NCBI RefSeq assembly: GCF_030684315.1
Contig: NC_081396.1
Span: forward strand, 9,601,628-9,665,627
Direction of reading: 5' to 3'
From: Stegostoma tigrinum
Taxonomy: Eukaryota
DNA length: 64,000 nt
Below are positions 1 through 13,925 of this stretch, in pieces. The notes under the pieces are model-generated. The model made no database searches, was not told where the DNA came from, and saw only the letters and a list, made by a program, of their open reading frames with translations. A program made the translations under genes and the position numbers. Positions within the stretch are counted from its first letter, which is position 1. Each line of letters begins with the position of its first letter.

Positions 1-1391
1 ACGGTCATGATGCTTTGTAACATTTCTGAATTAGATGTTTAAAGCAGGGTACTCGAATATGTTAAGGAGAGAGAGACACATATTCTTGATACGGTTATGT
101 CGAGATTAATTAGGATTGAAGAGAATGTGAATAATCAGACCATCCATTATAGACGAAATTATGGAGAAGGCTTGACCAGCCGGCTGGCGAGCTTCTGCTC
201 TAATTGGGATTTCTGTCTGCACAAATGACAGCAGCCGCATTGAACTGAACTAAAAATCCTGTTGAGAGTCATCCTACTAAATCGAATCCTGTCAACTTGA
301 AAAATGCGCAAGTCAGACCGGACAAGTACACAGGCGTTTAGCTGCTCTGTGATAGATTGATCATCGCTGAATGTGCTTGTTCTGAACTGATTAAAACCAC
401 ACTGAATGTAATTGACCCGAACTGCGCGTTAAAAACTTAGTGGACATTACCGAAGGCCAGGAAGCATCAGAGAGGGGCATGAAAAATGACGTTTTGGGAA
501 GGGGTCCTTGCCCGAAACGTCAGCTTCCCTGTTCCTCTGATGCTGCCTGGCCTGCTGTGTTCATCCACACTGTGTTACCTCCAGCACCGCCCATCATTCC
601 CGCACAATGCTTGGAGGAGCAGGAAATTTGACATCTTCAGAAATTCAGAAAAAAGTGTCCCGACACAAAACCTCAACTTCCTTGCTCCTCTGATGCTGCC
701 TGTTCCTGTGCATTCCACCAGCTCCCCACTGTGCTATCTCTCAGTCCAGTATCGGCAGTTCTTGCTGTCTCTGAACATTACTGAACTTGCATTTCCCTCT
801 GTAGGTGTAACTGTCCTGAATATCTAAGTTAACAGCGACATCAGATTTCTGGATCGAATTTATCCACACCGAAAGTAACCAAAGTCGGGCTCAATGTCGC
901 TGATGCATGAAAGTGCTATGAACTGGACCCGGATTTGGCAACACAGTACATACCGCGATTAAACAGGCCCTGACTATGGATTTAGCCATGCTGAAGCCTA
1001 GAGGGGTCAAGTGTATCGAAATGTGTGGGGCTAATCTTATCTTGGAATAAACACACGGAATATTTCTCCCCGAAAGTGTGCCAGTTTATTTTTGTTTCCC
1101 CTGCATGTACAGATGTTAAACATAACATTTTGACACCGAATACAACTGTTCTACGCTGGACCTCTTCACGCACTGGTCTCAAAATGGCAACGAGCTGACT
1201 GAGGTACTTGGGAAGAAATGGACCCGAGCACAACTAAGATGACAAAGCTTCACTGCAATGTCCACACGGAATATAATTGATCGGACTTCACGATTTGAAC
1301 CTGTTTCAAATCACCTCCCATATGGGTAATGATCATCTTGAACGAATAATGGCCGTGATGCGGTGGTGCAGTGTGGACTGAGCGTGGACAA

Positions 1392-1574
1392 GGTCAGAAG
1401 TCACATGACACCAGGTTGCCATCCAACAGGTTCATTTGAAATCGCAAGCTTTCGTCAGCGCTACTACTTCTTTGGATCGACACACTCCACCGGACAAAGG
1501 AGCAGCGCTTGGAAAGCTTGTGTTTTGAAATAAACTTGTTGGACTATAACCTGGTGTCGTGTGACATCTTGACC
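1392..1574. repeat. Fold-back (inverted repeat) element, Penelope-derived
   Basis: Arms ggtcag-agtcacatgacaccaggtt...caagctttc and gaaagcttg...aacctggtgtcgtgtgacatcttgacc; centre resembles ctgacgaaggagcagcgctccgaaagc. Confidence 0.75.
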
Positions 1575-1776
1575 CTGACCGAATATTGATATAGAGTGAC
1601 AAGGTTGCCTGCATTTTCTGTGGGGAGAAAAGAATCAGAGGTAAACTTTGGCCTGAACGAATACCCATAGTTCTTTTTTTTATAAAATAGAGAAATATGA
1701 CTGGGATCATTCTTCAGTCTGTGTGTATTTCAAAACAGCCAGGTGAAACGTGTTATTTTTGACAAAATACAAACCT

Positions 1777-1876
1777 CATCTGAGCAACAGCTGAAATACT
1801 GTTTGCTACAACCAAATTAATGTACAACATTGAAAAAAGTAATTATCTCCCTGGAGCACAGAACCACACATAAATA
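1777..1876 (+). promoter_or_regulatory. Putative core promoter of GPCR copy 1: E-boxes, homeodomain + EBF-like site, TATA-like box
   Basis: CATCTG 1777, CAGCTG 1788, TAATTA 1840, TCCCTGGAG 1848, CATAAATA 1869; same order and spacing upstream of the other two copies. Confidence 0.55.
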
Positions 1877-1924
1877 TTATCTTCTTTCAGTGAAATGCAG
1901 AGCCGATCAGAGTTTCTAATAGAG

Positions 1925-4900
1925 ATGCACGCAATACTGACAGGTCCACTGTTTAATGTTTATTATCCTGTCCTTGCAGCAGTCGGAGTTCCTGGTAAAT
2001 CGTTGCAGTTCGTTTGTAGCTGCATGAAAAACGGATCAGACAAATTAATTCTCTCACTTTCCCAGGAGCGGTGCTACCATTGCAAATATGATTCTTCCCA
2101 TTTACTGGATTTGAATTTCAAAGATCAGCAGTGTCAGACACTTTGTTGAAATAATATGACTTCTCTGACAGGATCGTTTTACTTTCAACGTTTTTATTCT
2201 GAATTATTATTTTGTGATTTCTTCAGTTTGTTGACATAGATTCGTGGTATCAGTGCTCTGACTTCTCCCCGTTATCAAAATATGTCTCACAGGTCATTCC
2301 TGGCTGAGCAAGCATTTTATGTCCACAGTTCGTTGCCCTTGACAAGGTGGGTTCGAACTGGCTCAGTGAACCACTGCAACATATTTGCTATCGGTAGTTC
2401 CACAATAGTGTGCGAAAGGCAGTTCTGGGGCTTTGACAGAGTAGCAATGAAGGAAATTTGATACAATGGCTGACAGAAGAACTGGGTGTTGGTGTTACCT
2501 CGTCCTCCTTCCTGGTATTTGTCGTGAGTTTGGAAGGAGCAGTCCAAGGAACCTCGGTAAATATCAGAAGTGCAGAATACCAGAAGTGCACCGCCCCGCC
2601 CCCACCACCCCCCCCCCAACCCCACACACCCCCCGCGGCTGGCCTTTTACAGCATTGCATCCCGGGTGACCTCAAGTACTTGTCAACTTTATGGTGCACA
2701 AGATTCATTCGCCACGTTCCATTTTATCACCAAATTGTATAATTTCTCCTAGTTACTGGTATCACCACAGAACACCAATTCATTTCTGATGCATTATTTG
2801 CAGAATACTGTGGGTAAATCAATTTTTATTCATCACAGTGTTCTAACCAGCTGGCAAAGTCTCGGACGATTCGAATGATGAATGTGATTATCGCATGGAG
2901 TGCAGAAAATCTGCACCAGCAACACTTTTCAATCTCTCTTAATATTTATTTTCATCAACTTTAGAAGCTTCTGATTTTCAATTGACCACATCATGAGAAA
3001 CATGATCATTGGTGCTTGTCGTGGAATATGATACAGAATGAGGTGCTGCAAATTAAGAGACACATTCTCCTAATCTGACTCAGTCATTTGGAATATCTAC
3101 AAGGAATACACTTTAACTGTGGCAGGGCGAGGGATGAGGGACGCTAGAACTGTATAAAACTCTGCTATGTTAACATCCAGAGCATTGTATGCAGTCTCGA
3201 GTCAATGTTATAGGAAGGATGTGATTGCACTGAAAGAGGTAGAAAGATCATTTACCAGGATGCTGTCTGGGCTGGAGTTTTAATTATAAAGAGAGATTGG
3301 ACAGATGGGATTGCTTGTCTTCAATTCGCGGACAATGTTGAAATATATACAACCATGAGGGCACAGACAGGCTAAGTAGAAAGAAATGTTTCCCCTTCAT
3401 GGAAATATAAGTAAAAGATGGGTTGGTGGTCTTGATTTAAAACAAGGAGATTTAAAGTGATCTGAATATTTTCATTATTTTGATTGGCAGTTGGAATTTG
3501 AATTTCATTTCCTGTCATGGCGTTACATGCATAACGTCTCATAAACATATAAGAAGTATTTAGATGTACACTTGCGATGCCAGGCCATAAAAGGCTGCAA
3601 GTGAAGTAATGGAAAATGTGATTGTTTATGACTCGTAAAAACTCAATGGGCGAGGGGCCTTTTTTCTTCTGTTGACCTCAATGACTCTATAACTCGACAA
3701 TGAAATGCTGGTGCATGGTCATGTGAAGAGTCTCGTCTCACCATTGCATTCCACAAAAAGAAAATTGCTTTGGCAATGTCTACAAACTAATCCTCTAGCT
3801 CCTCTCTCTCCTGACAAATGTCTTGTAATTTTTGAGCCAGTTTACTCTCTCTTGCTTGAAATGTGTATTGGATTCTTGAAAGTATCGATTTAGATTTGGT
3901 TATCAGATACAGGCTGTGCCCCTGTTCATGTCAATGACTACGATGACATTGTTACTTATCCCATTTAATGTCTACTTCATTGTTGTTTTATTTTATTCCC
4001 ATTTGAAATGTGCCATTTCCTTATTTTCTCTACTTGGGATCCCATTATATTACATTGCTACCTAATTAGCCCAGCTCATTTATAAAACGAATGAACATTC
4101 AAAATGGAAAACCAATTTAATAAAATGTAATGAATCATTGAAGGCTATAATTAAACCTCAAATATTGAAGTTACACTAGAATTCTGTTGCATCGATAACT
4201 AAATTACAGGTAGAAGAAATAATTTGCCTGAATTCACTGTGGCCTTATAAACAGATGTGCTTCGTATCCTCTCTCCCCTTCTCTTTCCCTCTACTACAGC
4301 TAACGTGGTAGTGATTGTGATCCTGTCACAAAGAAGATGTGGTCTCTCTTAATGCATCAATTGTTATCTGGTGTCCATCGTGGTGGCAGATCTCTTGGTG
4401 GTGGTTACAGTTGTTATACTAAACAGGACTGCTGGAATTTATTTTCCTTTAAGTTTCCTATCTATCACACCACTGTGAAGTCTACGTTCTGCCTGAAATT
4501 ATGCAGCCCATGATGCTACTGCCTGGTTAACAGTCGCTTTCACATTTGACCGATTTGTGGCCATTTCTTGCCAGAAGTTAAAAATAACATATTCCACTGA
4601 GAAAATGGCAGCATGGAACATAGGAATTATCTCTGCTGTTACATGTATAAAAAATGCCTTCTTCTATTTTCAATATGAACCGATGTACATGATTAACAAC
4701 ACGCCCTGGTTCTGCAGCATAAAAATAAGTGTTTATACATCATCTGCATGGGCTGCATATGACTGGATTGTATTTATTTTCACACCTCAACTTCCATTTA
4801 TTCTGATTATACTTCTCAATGCTCTTACAGTCAGCCACATTCTAGCCACGAATCGGTCCTGCGAGAGAATCCGGTCTGGAGCAATGCAGAGAGTCAGAGT

Positions 4901-5209
4901 GATCCAGAGATGGTGAAGCAGAGGAAGTCCATTGTCTTACTCTTCACTATCTCGGGTAGTTCTGCCCTGTTATATTTGTGACGTTTTATATGGATCCCAT
5001 ATGTCTGATTTGCAAATGTTATTTACACTTCAGTTTCCAATTTCAGCAATTCGACATTTATCATCCAAGAAGCTGGATTTATGCTTCAGTTATTAAGTTC
5101 CTGCATCAACCCCTTTATTTATGCTGGCACCCAGAGTAATTTCAGAACAGAGTTACGAAATGGATTGAAATATCCAATGAACCTCTTCATGAAAGTATTT
5201 AAAATATGA
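1925..5209 (+). pseudogene. GPR139/GPR142-like GPCR pseudogene (exon 1 1925-1994, exon 2 4300-5209)
   Basis: Exon 1 reads MHAILTGPLFNVYYPVLAAVGVP+G followed by donor GTAAAT; acceptor ctactacag|CTAAC at 4299/4300. Exon 2 is colinear with the intact paralogs (FDRFVAISC, PWFC, SSCINPFIYAG) but has in-frame stops TAA 4350, TGA 4476 and TGA 4494 and a frameshift near 4870-4920. Confidence 0.9.
3090..3690 (+). mobile_element. Decayed CR1 3' fragment in intron of GPCR copy 1
   Basis: ctgtataaaactctg...gagcattgtatgcagt...tttaccaggatgctg, the CR1 RT C-terminal signature. Confidence 0.65.
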
Positions 5210-7261
5210 AAAGTAGCATCATTTAACATGGCATTTATATTGGCATATGTCTTTTATTATCTCATGCCACACATAGATCTCTTTCATTCGGTATTCTATT
5301 TCATGTAGCAACCTAAAAATAAATAAAGAACTCTGCATTAAAACATAAATCAAAAACTATTCTCATTTAGTTTGTAGCACTCTTGAATTTTGTTTACTTT
5401 CAACTAATGCCTTTCCTATGAGTTCAAGGATGCAAATTGTGCGAGGTGAGAAAGCAGTAATCATTGAGAGTGACTGAAAAGGATAAAAGTAATTGTACAT
5501 TCTTATTTCCTGAAAGAGGGCAGACTCTTGGAATAGTCCATGACCTGGACGGCCTATACCATGATACACAGCTACGTGCAGTCCCATGATGCTGAACCAG
5601 ATGTTCGGGCATTTGTAGCCATGATGCTATCTCTAGAGATAATAGGAACTTCAGATGTTGGAGAATGTGAGGTAAGAAAGTGTAGAGCTGAAAGAACACA
5701 GCAGGCCAAGCAGCATCTTAGGAGCAGAAAAGTTCATGTTTCGGGCCGAGACACTTCATCAGAAATGGTAGAGGGGAGAGGGTTCTGAATTAAATAGGGA
5801 GAGGCGGGAGGTGGATCAAAGATGCATAGAGGAGAAGATAGATGGAGAGGAGGCAGACAATTTCTCTAGTGGTATGTCATCATGTTCATGTGACTATTCA
5901 CCCATAACTCCAACAGCTTTCCAAAGGAATGGTTATTGATTTCGTGGCCCTTTCAAACTGCTCAAGGCAGTCTCTTCTTCTCTCTTTAGAATCTGAAACA
6001 AATTCATTCCAATTGTGAAAATAATGGGTGGAAGAAGTGGTGAAAGTTTCAAAGTTCACCCCGAGAGCTGTATCCCCTCATCATATATGGATAGAAAGTT
6101 TCATCATTTTACTGCCCTTGTTTGTCTCCTGAAGATGGTGAGCAGGGTAATACAGCACCAGGCAGAACTGCCAATGCCCCCTTAAACGACGGCCAGTGTC
6201 TCCACTTTCTGATTCCTGTTGTAAATACTCAATACTTGGAAAAGTGCCTAACCCGACACGCACACATGAACACCTTGTTCAGAGAGTGCCACCCTATCCC
6301 ATCCATTACACCATGTACTTTCAGAGTCCTCAGCAATGGCCTGACCATGAGATTTTGCAAACCATACCTACCCAGAACAGAACACAGCAATAATGTTCAG
6401 ACCTTTTTTTAACTACAAGCTATTTGATGACTGATTAATTCTGTGAGTTTGTTTATTTTTTTAATGTAGGGAAGAAGGGGTGAAAACTTGTAATTTATTA
6501 GCACTCCAAAAATTCCACTGACTTCAAAGTATTTGTCAAGTCAGAGAACAATGGTGAAAGAAAAAAATCACAGGCCATTTACGATTCCTATGATGTTATT
6601 TAGGCATCAATTAATTTTGTATATCCCTGCAAATTCTTTAGAAGTCAGAGGATATTCAGAAAATAGTTATCAAATGGGCTGGATTATCGATTGAGAGTAA
6701 TTGTTAAAATTATTTAAACTTTGAAAATACGAGCATCTGACATAAACTGTATGTTCTATCCAAAAATGAATTCTACAAGCTAGCCCCAGTTTCCCTCCTT
6801 ATTAAAGAAAAAGCTTTGTTACCAGGATGCAGTCTCTATTTTTTTTTAATTCTTACCCAGTTCTTTAATTGACTCGCATAAAATTAATACAACTCAAATC
6901 CCCACTGCCCAATCTTTAAATAGCTCAAAGGAAACTTTCATATCTCCTGCTTCTTCGCTTAGGTCTGGTGGCATCACAACGGAAGTCGCTGGACACCAGC
7001 TTACAATGTGGAAGCAGTGTATAATGACATGTCAAATGTGTACGACATTGACAGCTGAGCAGTGCATCATGATGCCTCAAGTATGGTTCCAGCATGTAAC
7101 CATTCAGAACTGACTGCAAAGAGGTCACAGCTGCCTTACCAGTTTATGGCATTTAGACATTCCTACTCTCCTGACAGCTCACCTTATGTGAAGGAACAAT
7201 TTCTTCATTCTTATTAAACACATTCAGCTTAATATTGCCGTGTGCAGTCATCTTTCCATTT

Positions 7262-7620
7262 TTTTTTTCTTTATTCATTCATTCAACGAGGGCATGGCTG
7301 GGTGGCCAGCATTTATTACCCATCCCAAATTGCCTAGAGGGCAGTTAAGCGTCATCCACATATGTGTCTGGAGTCACATGTAGGCCAGACCGAGTAAGGA
7401 TGGCAGCTTCCTTTTCTCAAGTACATTGGTGAACCAATGGGCTTTCCTGACAATTAAGAATGGATTTGCAGCCATCATTAGATTCTTACTTCCAGATATT
7501 TTATTGAATTAAATTCCACCATATGCTGTGGCAGTATTCAAACTTCAATCCCCAGAACATTATCTGGGTCTCTGGATTAACAGACCAGCAATAGTAACAT
7601 TAGGCCATTGCATCCCCCAG
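7262..7620 (-). mobile_element. Second tRNA-headed SINE family
   Basis: Minus strand gcaatggcctaatg...gtttgaatac head and taataaatgctggcc...gaatgaataa tail; related copies at ~30630-30810, 35710-35940 and 57088-57300. Confidence 0.6.
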
Positions 7621-8329
7621 AGGTAAACGTTACTGATCATTTTCCAGCACTGCAGATAAAAACATGGTTGTACCATGAAAAACAACGGTACACCAAGGCT
7701 TTAATTTGAAAGATGTGTGCTGTAGGAAAGAAAAGAAAAGAGAAATTAGGCATTTTTACAGAGAACATAGAACAGCACAGCACAGGAACTGATCTTTCAG
7801 CATACAAATTTATGCCAAGCATGACGGCAAAATGAGCTAATCCCTTCTACCTGCTCTTGGTGCATACCTCTCCATTCTTCTGGCAGCGCATTCTAGATGC
7901 CTATCACAGGCATGCACCTCACAGCTCCTTTGAATTTTCCGCACTCTCACCTTATATGCACACCACATGTATGACACAATTTAATTCTGTGAAAAAGACT
8001 TCTCAAGCAGAAAAATTTGGTAAACAACGCTTTCTCATTTTACAATGGCTAAAATGTACCTTCAGGCTGAAGGCAGATTAGTGAAACCTGTGTTTAAGAT
8101 TAAATTCAATACAATTTAAGGTCACATTTTTGGGCATATTTCCCATTTCATCATTGAAGATAATTTTGATTGCTTCTGAAATTAACTTCCATGAATATTC
8201 ATGCTATTATTAAACTAAAACAGATCAAGCTTCTGGAAGAAGATTGAGTGGCTTTTTTGTCATTAACCTTAATCTGGACAATCAGGGCTTGACACTATTG
8301 ATGAACTGATGTATCATTACCTTTAAACA

Positions 8330-11300
8330 AAAATGAATGAGAACACTTTTTTACTTTGCAAAGGAAAGCTGTTGAAACTGGCAGACAAGCCAGAGTCGGG
8401 GTGCCTCTGTCTGTGAGAAAAGAAGAGGTGATTACAGCAACACCTTGACATTTAAATTTGCTGGAAATGTGATCTGAATCTTTAGAAATGGCTAGAATTC
8501 AATTGCAAATAAGGGGAACCGAAACAGTTTGAATTGCAGTTAAAACCAGATGTAAGAGAAATGGAAAGAATTGGCCTGGGAGAATAAAAAGAAAATGAGA
8601 GAGAGGCCCTAGCAGAAGAAAACTAGAAACAGCAAGAGTTTCAACTTTGGAAGTTGGCAATTAGACAGGAATGGTGACTTAAAAGTGTGGAGGTGAAGCA
8701 GGAACATAGGCTTAGTGAGAAGGGTAGTGCGGATGAGAAAACCTATCATAGCCAAAGGGCTGGTGGGGATCTGGTTAAACATGCCCAAGTATTGCCTAAG
8801 TTTGTTGAGAAGGATATAGCAGCCTGCAGATGTTCCAGGAAAATAAAGAGGGGCCGCGGTCATATGTACGTTGAGTTTGAACGGACCAAACAAAGTGTGA
8901 GTGATAGAAATTGACAAAAAGAGAAGTTTTCAGGCGCTTAAGGTAAAGTAGATCTCATTGAAGATGCCAAAGGTTGCTTACCACAGGGTAAAAAAGAAAC
9001 CCATGAGGAGGGAATGAGAAACTAAAAACCTTGGGTGTTTTCACAGCAGTAAACTACGCCATATGAAGTCACTGTGTTGTTGGTTGAGAGAAAGCTCTGG
9101 CAAGGCAGATGTAGGAAAACAGGATAAGCCAATGAATTTTGTTACAGTGCGAAAGGTAACTACCATGGAGGCTAAAAAGCCTCACCAGTATCTACAACCT
9201 GGTCAGAATTTGGTTGAGACAGAAGTATCAGATCTTCTTAAACTTTTTACTTGCAAAGGTAATGTTTACTCGCATAAGCCAGGAGCAGCAGGTAAAGAAA
9301 ACTTGGTTTTACGTTTTGGCTTGGTTTTTACTTCCTCACTATTGACCTCCGACTGGTAATTCATGTGCTACCCGCAACACCTCCTTTCTGGAACCCTCTG
9401 GTTCATTAAGAGATTAAGAGATATAGGATCATGTGAATCTTTGTTCCTGAGAGACGAGGAGATATGTAAATCAGGAAGACTATTGCCATAAAACGTGGAA
9501 ATATGTGGAATTTATGGAGACGAGAAGCGCTCCATTATATTAAAGTGAGGTTGGAGTGTCTGGTGAAAAGTGGAGAAGTGGTGGTAGGAGGACTGGAGGA
9601 ACACAATTTGTCCTTGGTAACATTTTTACTGGATCACAGGTCGGAGTGCTGCTGACTGTGTTTGAAAAGCCAGGGGGAAATCAAGCAACTGAGGTATTAC
9701 CGGAAGTATATCCTGGGATTTTTGCGGACTGTGTGATAATGAGATTACAAAGCCATCAGGTGAAATAAGAGGTGAAATCAACGAATCAAAGATAAGGAAG
9801 TTGAGGTATAATTAACGGAAACTATGTTTGATTGAATGGTTTAGAAAAAGCAAGAACAGGTGAACGACAAAGTGGGTATCTTTAGTCCAGAGAAATTAAC
9901 TGGGTTACAACAGAAAGGTGTAAAACTGAAGCAATTGAATCAAAAAGTGGGCACAGAAGAAGTATCTGTGATTATTCCTGAATGTTATTATCATAATGAT
10001 TTCTAAGGGAGAAAATGGAGACCATCACATATTCAGGCAACGAGTAATGGGCAGAAGGTAAATTGTATTTCCAGAGGGTTCCAGAAAGGAGGTGTTGCGG
10101 GTAGCACATGAATTACCAGTCGGAGGTCAACAGTGAGGAAGTAAAAACCAAGCCAAAACACAAAACCAAGTTTTTAACTGGCCTGGCCTGCAAAAAGATG
10201 TAGTTGTATTTTGCCAGATGTCACACATGCCAGGTATTGTAAAATCCCAGACAATGATTAAAAAAAACACCTTTAAAGATCTATTTCTGCATTCAAGGAA
10301 GCTTTTACAAGGGTCTTAATTGATTGCACATAACCCATACCGAAAACAATAAGTTGGAATCAGTATTTGTTGACAATAATGGATGTGTCCAATAGATTTC
10401 CAGAAGTCTTTATACAATATCACAGCTAAATGGATTGTAAAAGTGTTACTCGAATTTTTCAACAGGTATGGACTGCCCATTGAGATACAATCAGATGATG
10501 GTTCAAATTATATATTAAAATTGTGCAAGGAAGTTATGAATAGCTTAGATATTGAAAAATTCAAATACATTGTGTCCCATTCAGAATCGGAAGGAGTGCT
10601 CGAAAGGTGGTATCGAACATTAAAGACCATGTTAAGTACTTATAATCAATAATATCAAGATAACTGGGACAAAGAAATTCTATGTGTACTTTTTTCCACG
10701 AGAGATGAATCAACCAAATTCAGTCCATTTCAAATAGTTTTTGGGCATGGGGTGAGAGGAATGCTGAAACTAATTATGGAGAAATTGGTGATTCAATGTT
10801 AAGAGACCAATTATTTGGGCTATCTGTCAAATTTTAGTCAACAAGTAAATCGAGTTGGGGTGTTGGTGAGATAGCATTTAAAAGTAGTAAAGTATATGAT
10901 GAACCAGGAAGCAGACAGGAAATCAAAAATTCACAGTTTTGCGAATGAAGATAAAGTGTTCGTGTTACTTCGAGTGACAAGTGATGCTTTAAAAACGAGT
11001 TTAGTGGACCTTATCAAATCAAAAGGAGGTTGAGTGAGTTGAACTATTTGATTAGGAATACAGATAGGAAGAAGTCACACAGAGCGTGTCATGTGAATAT
11101 GCTCAAAGGGTAATTTGATTGGAAAGGAAAGCAAAAGAGAATATGTGATCAGAGATAATGGGAACTGCAGATGCAGAAGAATCCAAGATAACAAAGTAAG
11201 GGACTGGATGAACACAACAGGCCACCCAGCATCTGAGGAGCACAAAAGCTGACATTTCAGGCTTAGCCCCACACTTTGTTATCAAAAGAGAATATGTGAC

Positions 11301-12990
11301 TAGTTTAGGACACAGAGTGAAGAACCAAGCTCAGATGAGTATGAATTGGATGTTCCTCAAATTAAATTGGACATTAAGCATGTTTTCAAAATTTGGCATA
11401 AATTATTGAGTTACCTTCCAGAGGAAAATCAAAATGGCCTGAAAGACAGATTGTTATTGCATTAGGGGATGTGTGGGCAAGTGCTGGTAAGCACTAATCC
11501 AATTATGCATGATGCAGTTATTGGAAATGCTGTTCCAGTTCAGCAACATTCTTGTAGACTTAATTTTCTAATGTTGGCACAGGTTTAAAAAGAGATAGAA
11601 TGCATGCTCCCAGACGAATTAATTGAAGTCAGTTGCTGCGACTGGAGCTAACCCATAGTAATGGTGAAAAAACCAGATCATACCCAATGATTAAATATAG
11701 ACTATCACAAGGTCAATACAAAGTCTGATTCATATCCAATTCCAGATTTGGAAGAATGTATTTGAGGAGGTGGGGCAAGCAACTTGTATTTCAAAGTTGA
11801 TCTTCCACAGAGGATAGTGGTAGGTATTATTATCTGAAAGAAAGAAGCCAATCCGTAACATTGAATGGTCTATACCAATTTAAAGTCATGCCATTATGTA
11901 TGAGAAATACACCAGCCACATTTCAGAAATTACGTTCAAGACCTGGTGATGTTTAGTCACCCATGGAAGGAACATTTGCAGCATTTATCAGAATTATTCG
12001 ATCAACTTCAGGAGACAGACTTGGTGACAAACCTGGCTAAGAGAGAACTCACCAAGGCACAAGTCACATTCCGAGGTGACGTAATTTGACGTGGCCAGGC
12101 AGCCTCACAGAATGCGGGAAAAGTGATACTGGGGAGTTTCCCATATCATCAATGAAGCGAGCAGAACTCTGATTCCTGGGATTGAGTGGGCTTTATTGCA
12201 AATTTGCACCAAATTTATCAGCGCCATAGCTCCACTGACTGACTTATTGGAGAAGTGCAGAAAGCTTCAGTGCACACCAGACTGTCAGAAGACATTTGAC
12301 AGACTGAAAGCTGAGTTAACCACTGTCTCAACATTTGCTACACCTAATGGCATAAAGCCATTCAAGGTGGACATGGTTGCAAGTGATGTGAGTCTAAGTG
12401 CTGTACTCTTGCAAGAAGACAATGAGAGGATAGAGAAACCCATCGGATAATTATTTGGGAAACTGAATATTCATCAACAGAAATATTTCATGACTGAGAA
12501 ACAGACTTTTAGCTTGGTGTTGGCGTCTCAACATTGCAACACTTATGTTGCCAGTAATGTGTCTGAGACAGTTATATATACTGATCATAAAACATTTCAG
12601 TCTTTGGAGAAATTTATGGACGAAAATTCCAGACTGTTTCAATGGACTTATTGCTGCTGCCATTCAGTTTGAAAACTATGCACATCGCAGGATGAGAACA
12701 TATAATTGCTGATGCATTGTCATGACTTGGATGAAGAAAATGGAAGGCGTTCAGTGGCAGGATAAATGGGCTGAAATACATGTTGCAGTGAACTTTTGCA
12801 GGCTGAGAGTCAATGCAATATATATGTATTGAGTAAGAATATGGGTTTTATAATGAAGCCATCATTGTACGTTTATAGTTCATTTTTTTCAGGGGGTGGG
12901 TATGAACTTGCTGTCGTTTTGGAAAGGCTATTTTGTCCTGGGTTTTTTGAGGAGAGGTTGTAAAGGAACAAAGCTTGAGGACAGTGACAG
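8330..12990 (+). mobile_element. Decayed Gypsy LTR retrotransposon with Gmr1-type order (gag-PR-integrase-RT-RNase H)
   Basis: Integrase core YGLPIEIQSDDGSN...SEGVLERWYRTLKTML (10383-10652) lies upstream of RT (W S * PIVMVKKPD ~11640) and RNase H (KPFKVD..ASDV.L.AVLLQED..IEKPIG 12350-12450); purine tract agggggtggg at 12891 before a probable 3' LTR start. Confidence 0.85.
11149..11282. mobile_element. Short Penelope-derived repeat inserted in the Gypsy relic, ~17-bp TSD
   Basis: caaaagagaatatgtga at 11132-11148 and 11283-11299. Confidence 0.85.
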
Positions 12991-13024
12991 CCCTTGGCAT
13001 CAAGGCTGCATTTAACTGAGTGAT

Positions 13025-13925
13025 TAATGATTCTGAGAAAAACTGACATCAATGGCTATCAAGGGGGAAGCTGACTGCTACTTGGAGTCATACCTGGCAC
13101 AAAGGAAGATGGTCACAGTCGTTGGTTGTGGGAGGTGTGGTGGGGGGTGTTTGGCCGATCATCTCAGCTCCAGCGTATCACCTCCAGAGTTCCTGAAGAT
13201 GACATCATTGACTCAACCATCTTCAATTGCTCCTTCAATAACCTTCTCCTCAATGGAGCATTGGAAGTGGGAATGCTGGCCAATTATTGTACAACCTTCA
13301 GCACGAGTCATACACAGATACTGTAGCAGCCCATGTTCAAATATAACAAGATCAGGACAATATTCAGGGTTGGGCTGACAAGTGGCAAGGAGTATTTGCA
13401 CCTCACGCCTCTCCATCATCTACAGGAAACAAATCAAATGTGTGACGAAATGCTCCCCATTTGCCTGGATGGGTGAAGTTTCACCAACACTTAGGAAGAT
13501 TGACACCAACCAGGACAAAGATCCCTGCTTGATTGGTATCACATCCACAAATATCCACTCCCTCCTCCACCCACTCTCAATACCAGAAGGGCATACTATC
13601 TAAAATATGCACTGCAGAAATGCACCAAAGATTCTTAGACAGCACTTTGCAAACCTTCCATCATTTCTATCTGGAAGGATGGTGGCAGCTCACATCCTTG
13701 TGGAAACACAACCGCCTCAAAAGTTCCATCCCAATCGATTCACCGACTTGGGATAGAAATAAGTCAGTGTCACTGGGTAAAAATTCTGGATTTCTCTCCC
13801 TCACACTATTGTGGCTTGACCCACAGGACGTCGATGGCAGTGGTTCAAGTAGGCACCTCACCACCACCTTCTCCATTTCAGCTCGTGCCGTGTAATAAAA
13901 GCTGCTCAGCCAGCAATGCCAATTT
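13025..13925 (+). mobile_element. Old CR1/L2-like LINE 3' fragment (RT C-terminus and tail)
   Basis: LESYLAQRKMVTVVG and RT-like remnants ending in an aataaa-gctg-cagccagc tail; related pieces near 2310-2480, 39930-40210, 42890-43030, 50760-51210 and 56460-56830. Confidence 0.6.

Noticed and set aside
1895-1924. Upstream in-frame ATG for receptor copy 1
   Set aside because: Not conserved in the other copies and too close to the putative TATA box; ATG 1925 aligns with the paralogs
2590-2640. Poly-proline/poly-glycine ORFs
   Set aside because: C-rich simple tract in an intron
6050-6200. Minus-strand TM-like stretch followed by YDEG (cadherin tail?)
   Set aside because: Too short and requires frameshifts
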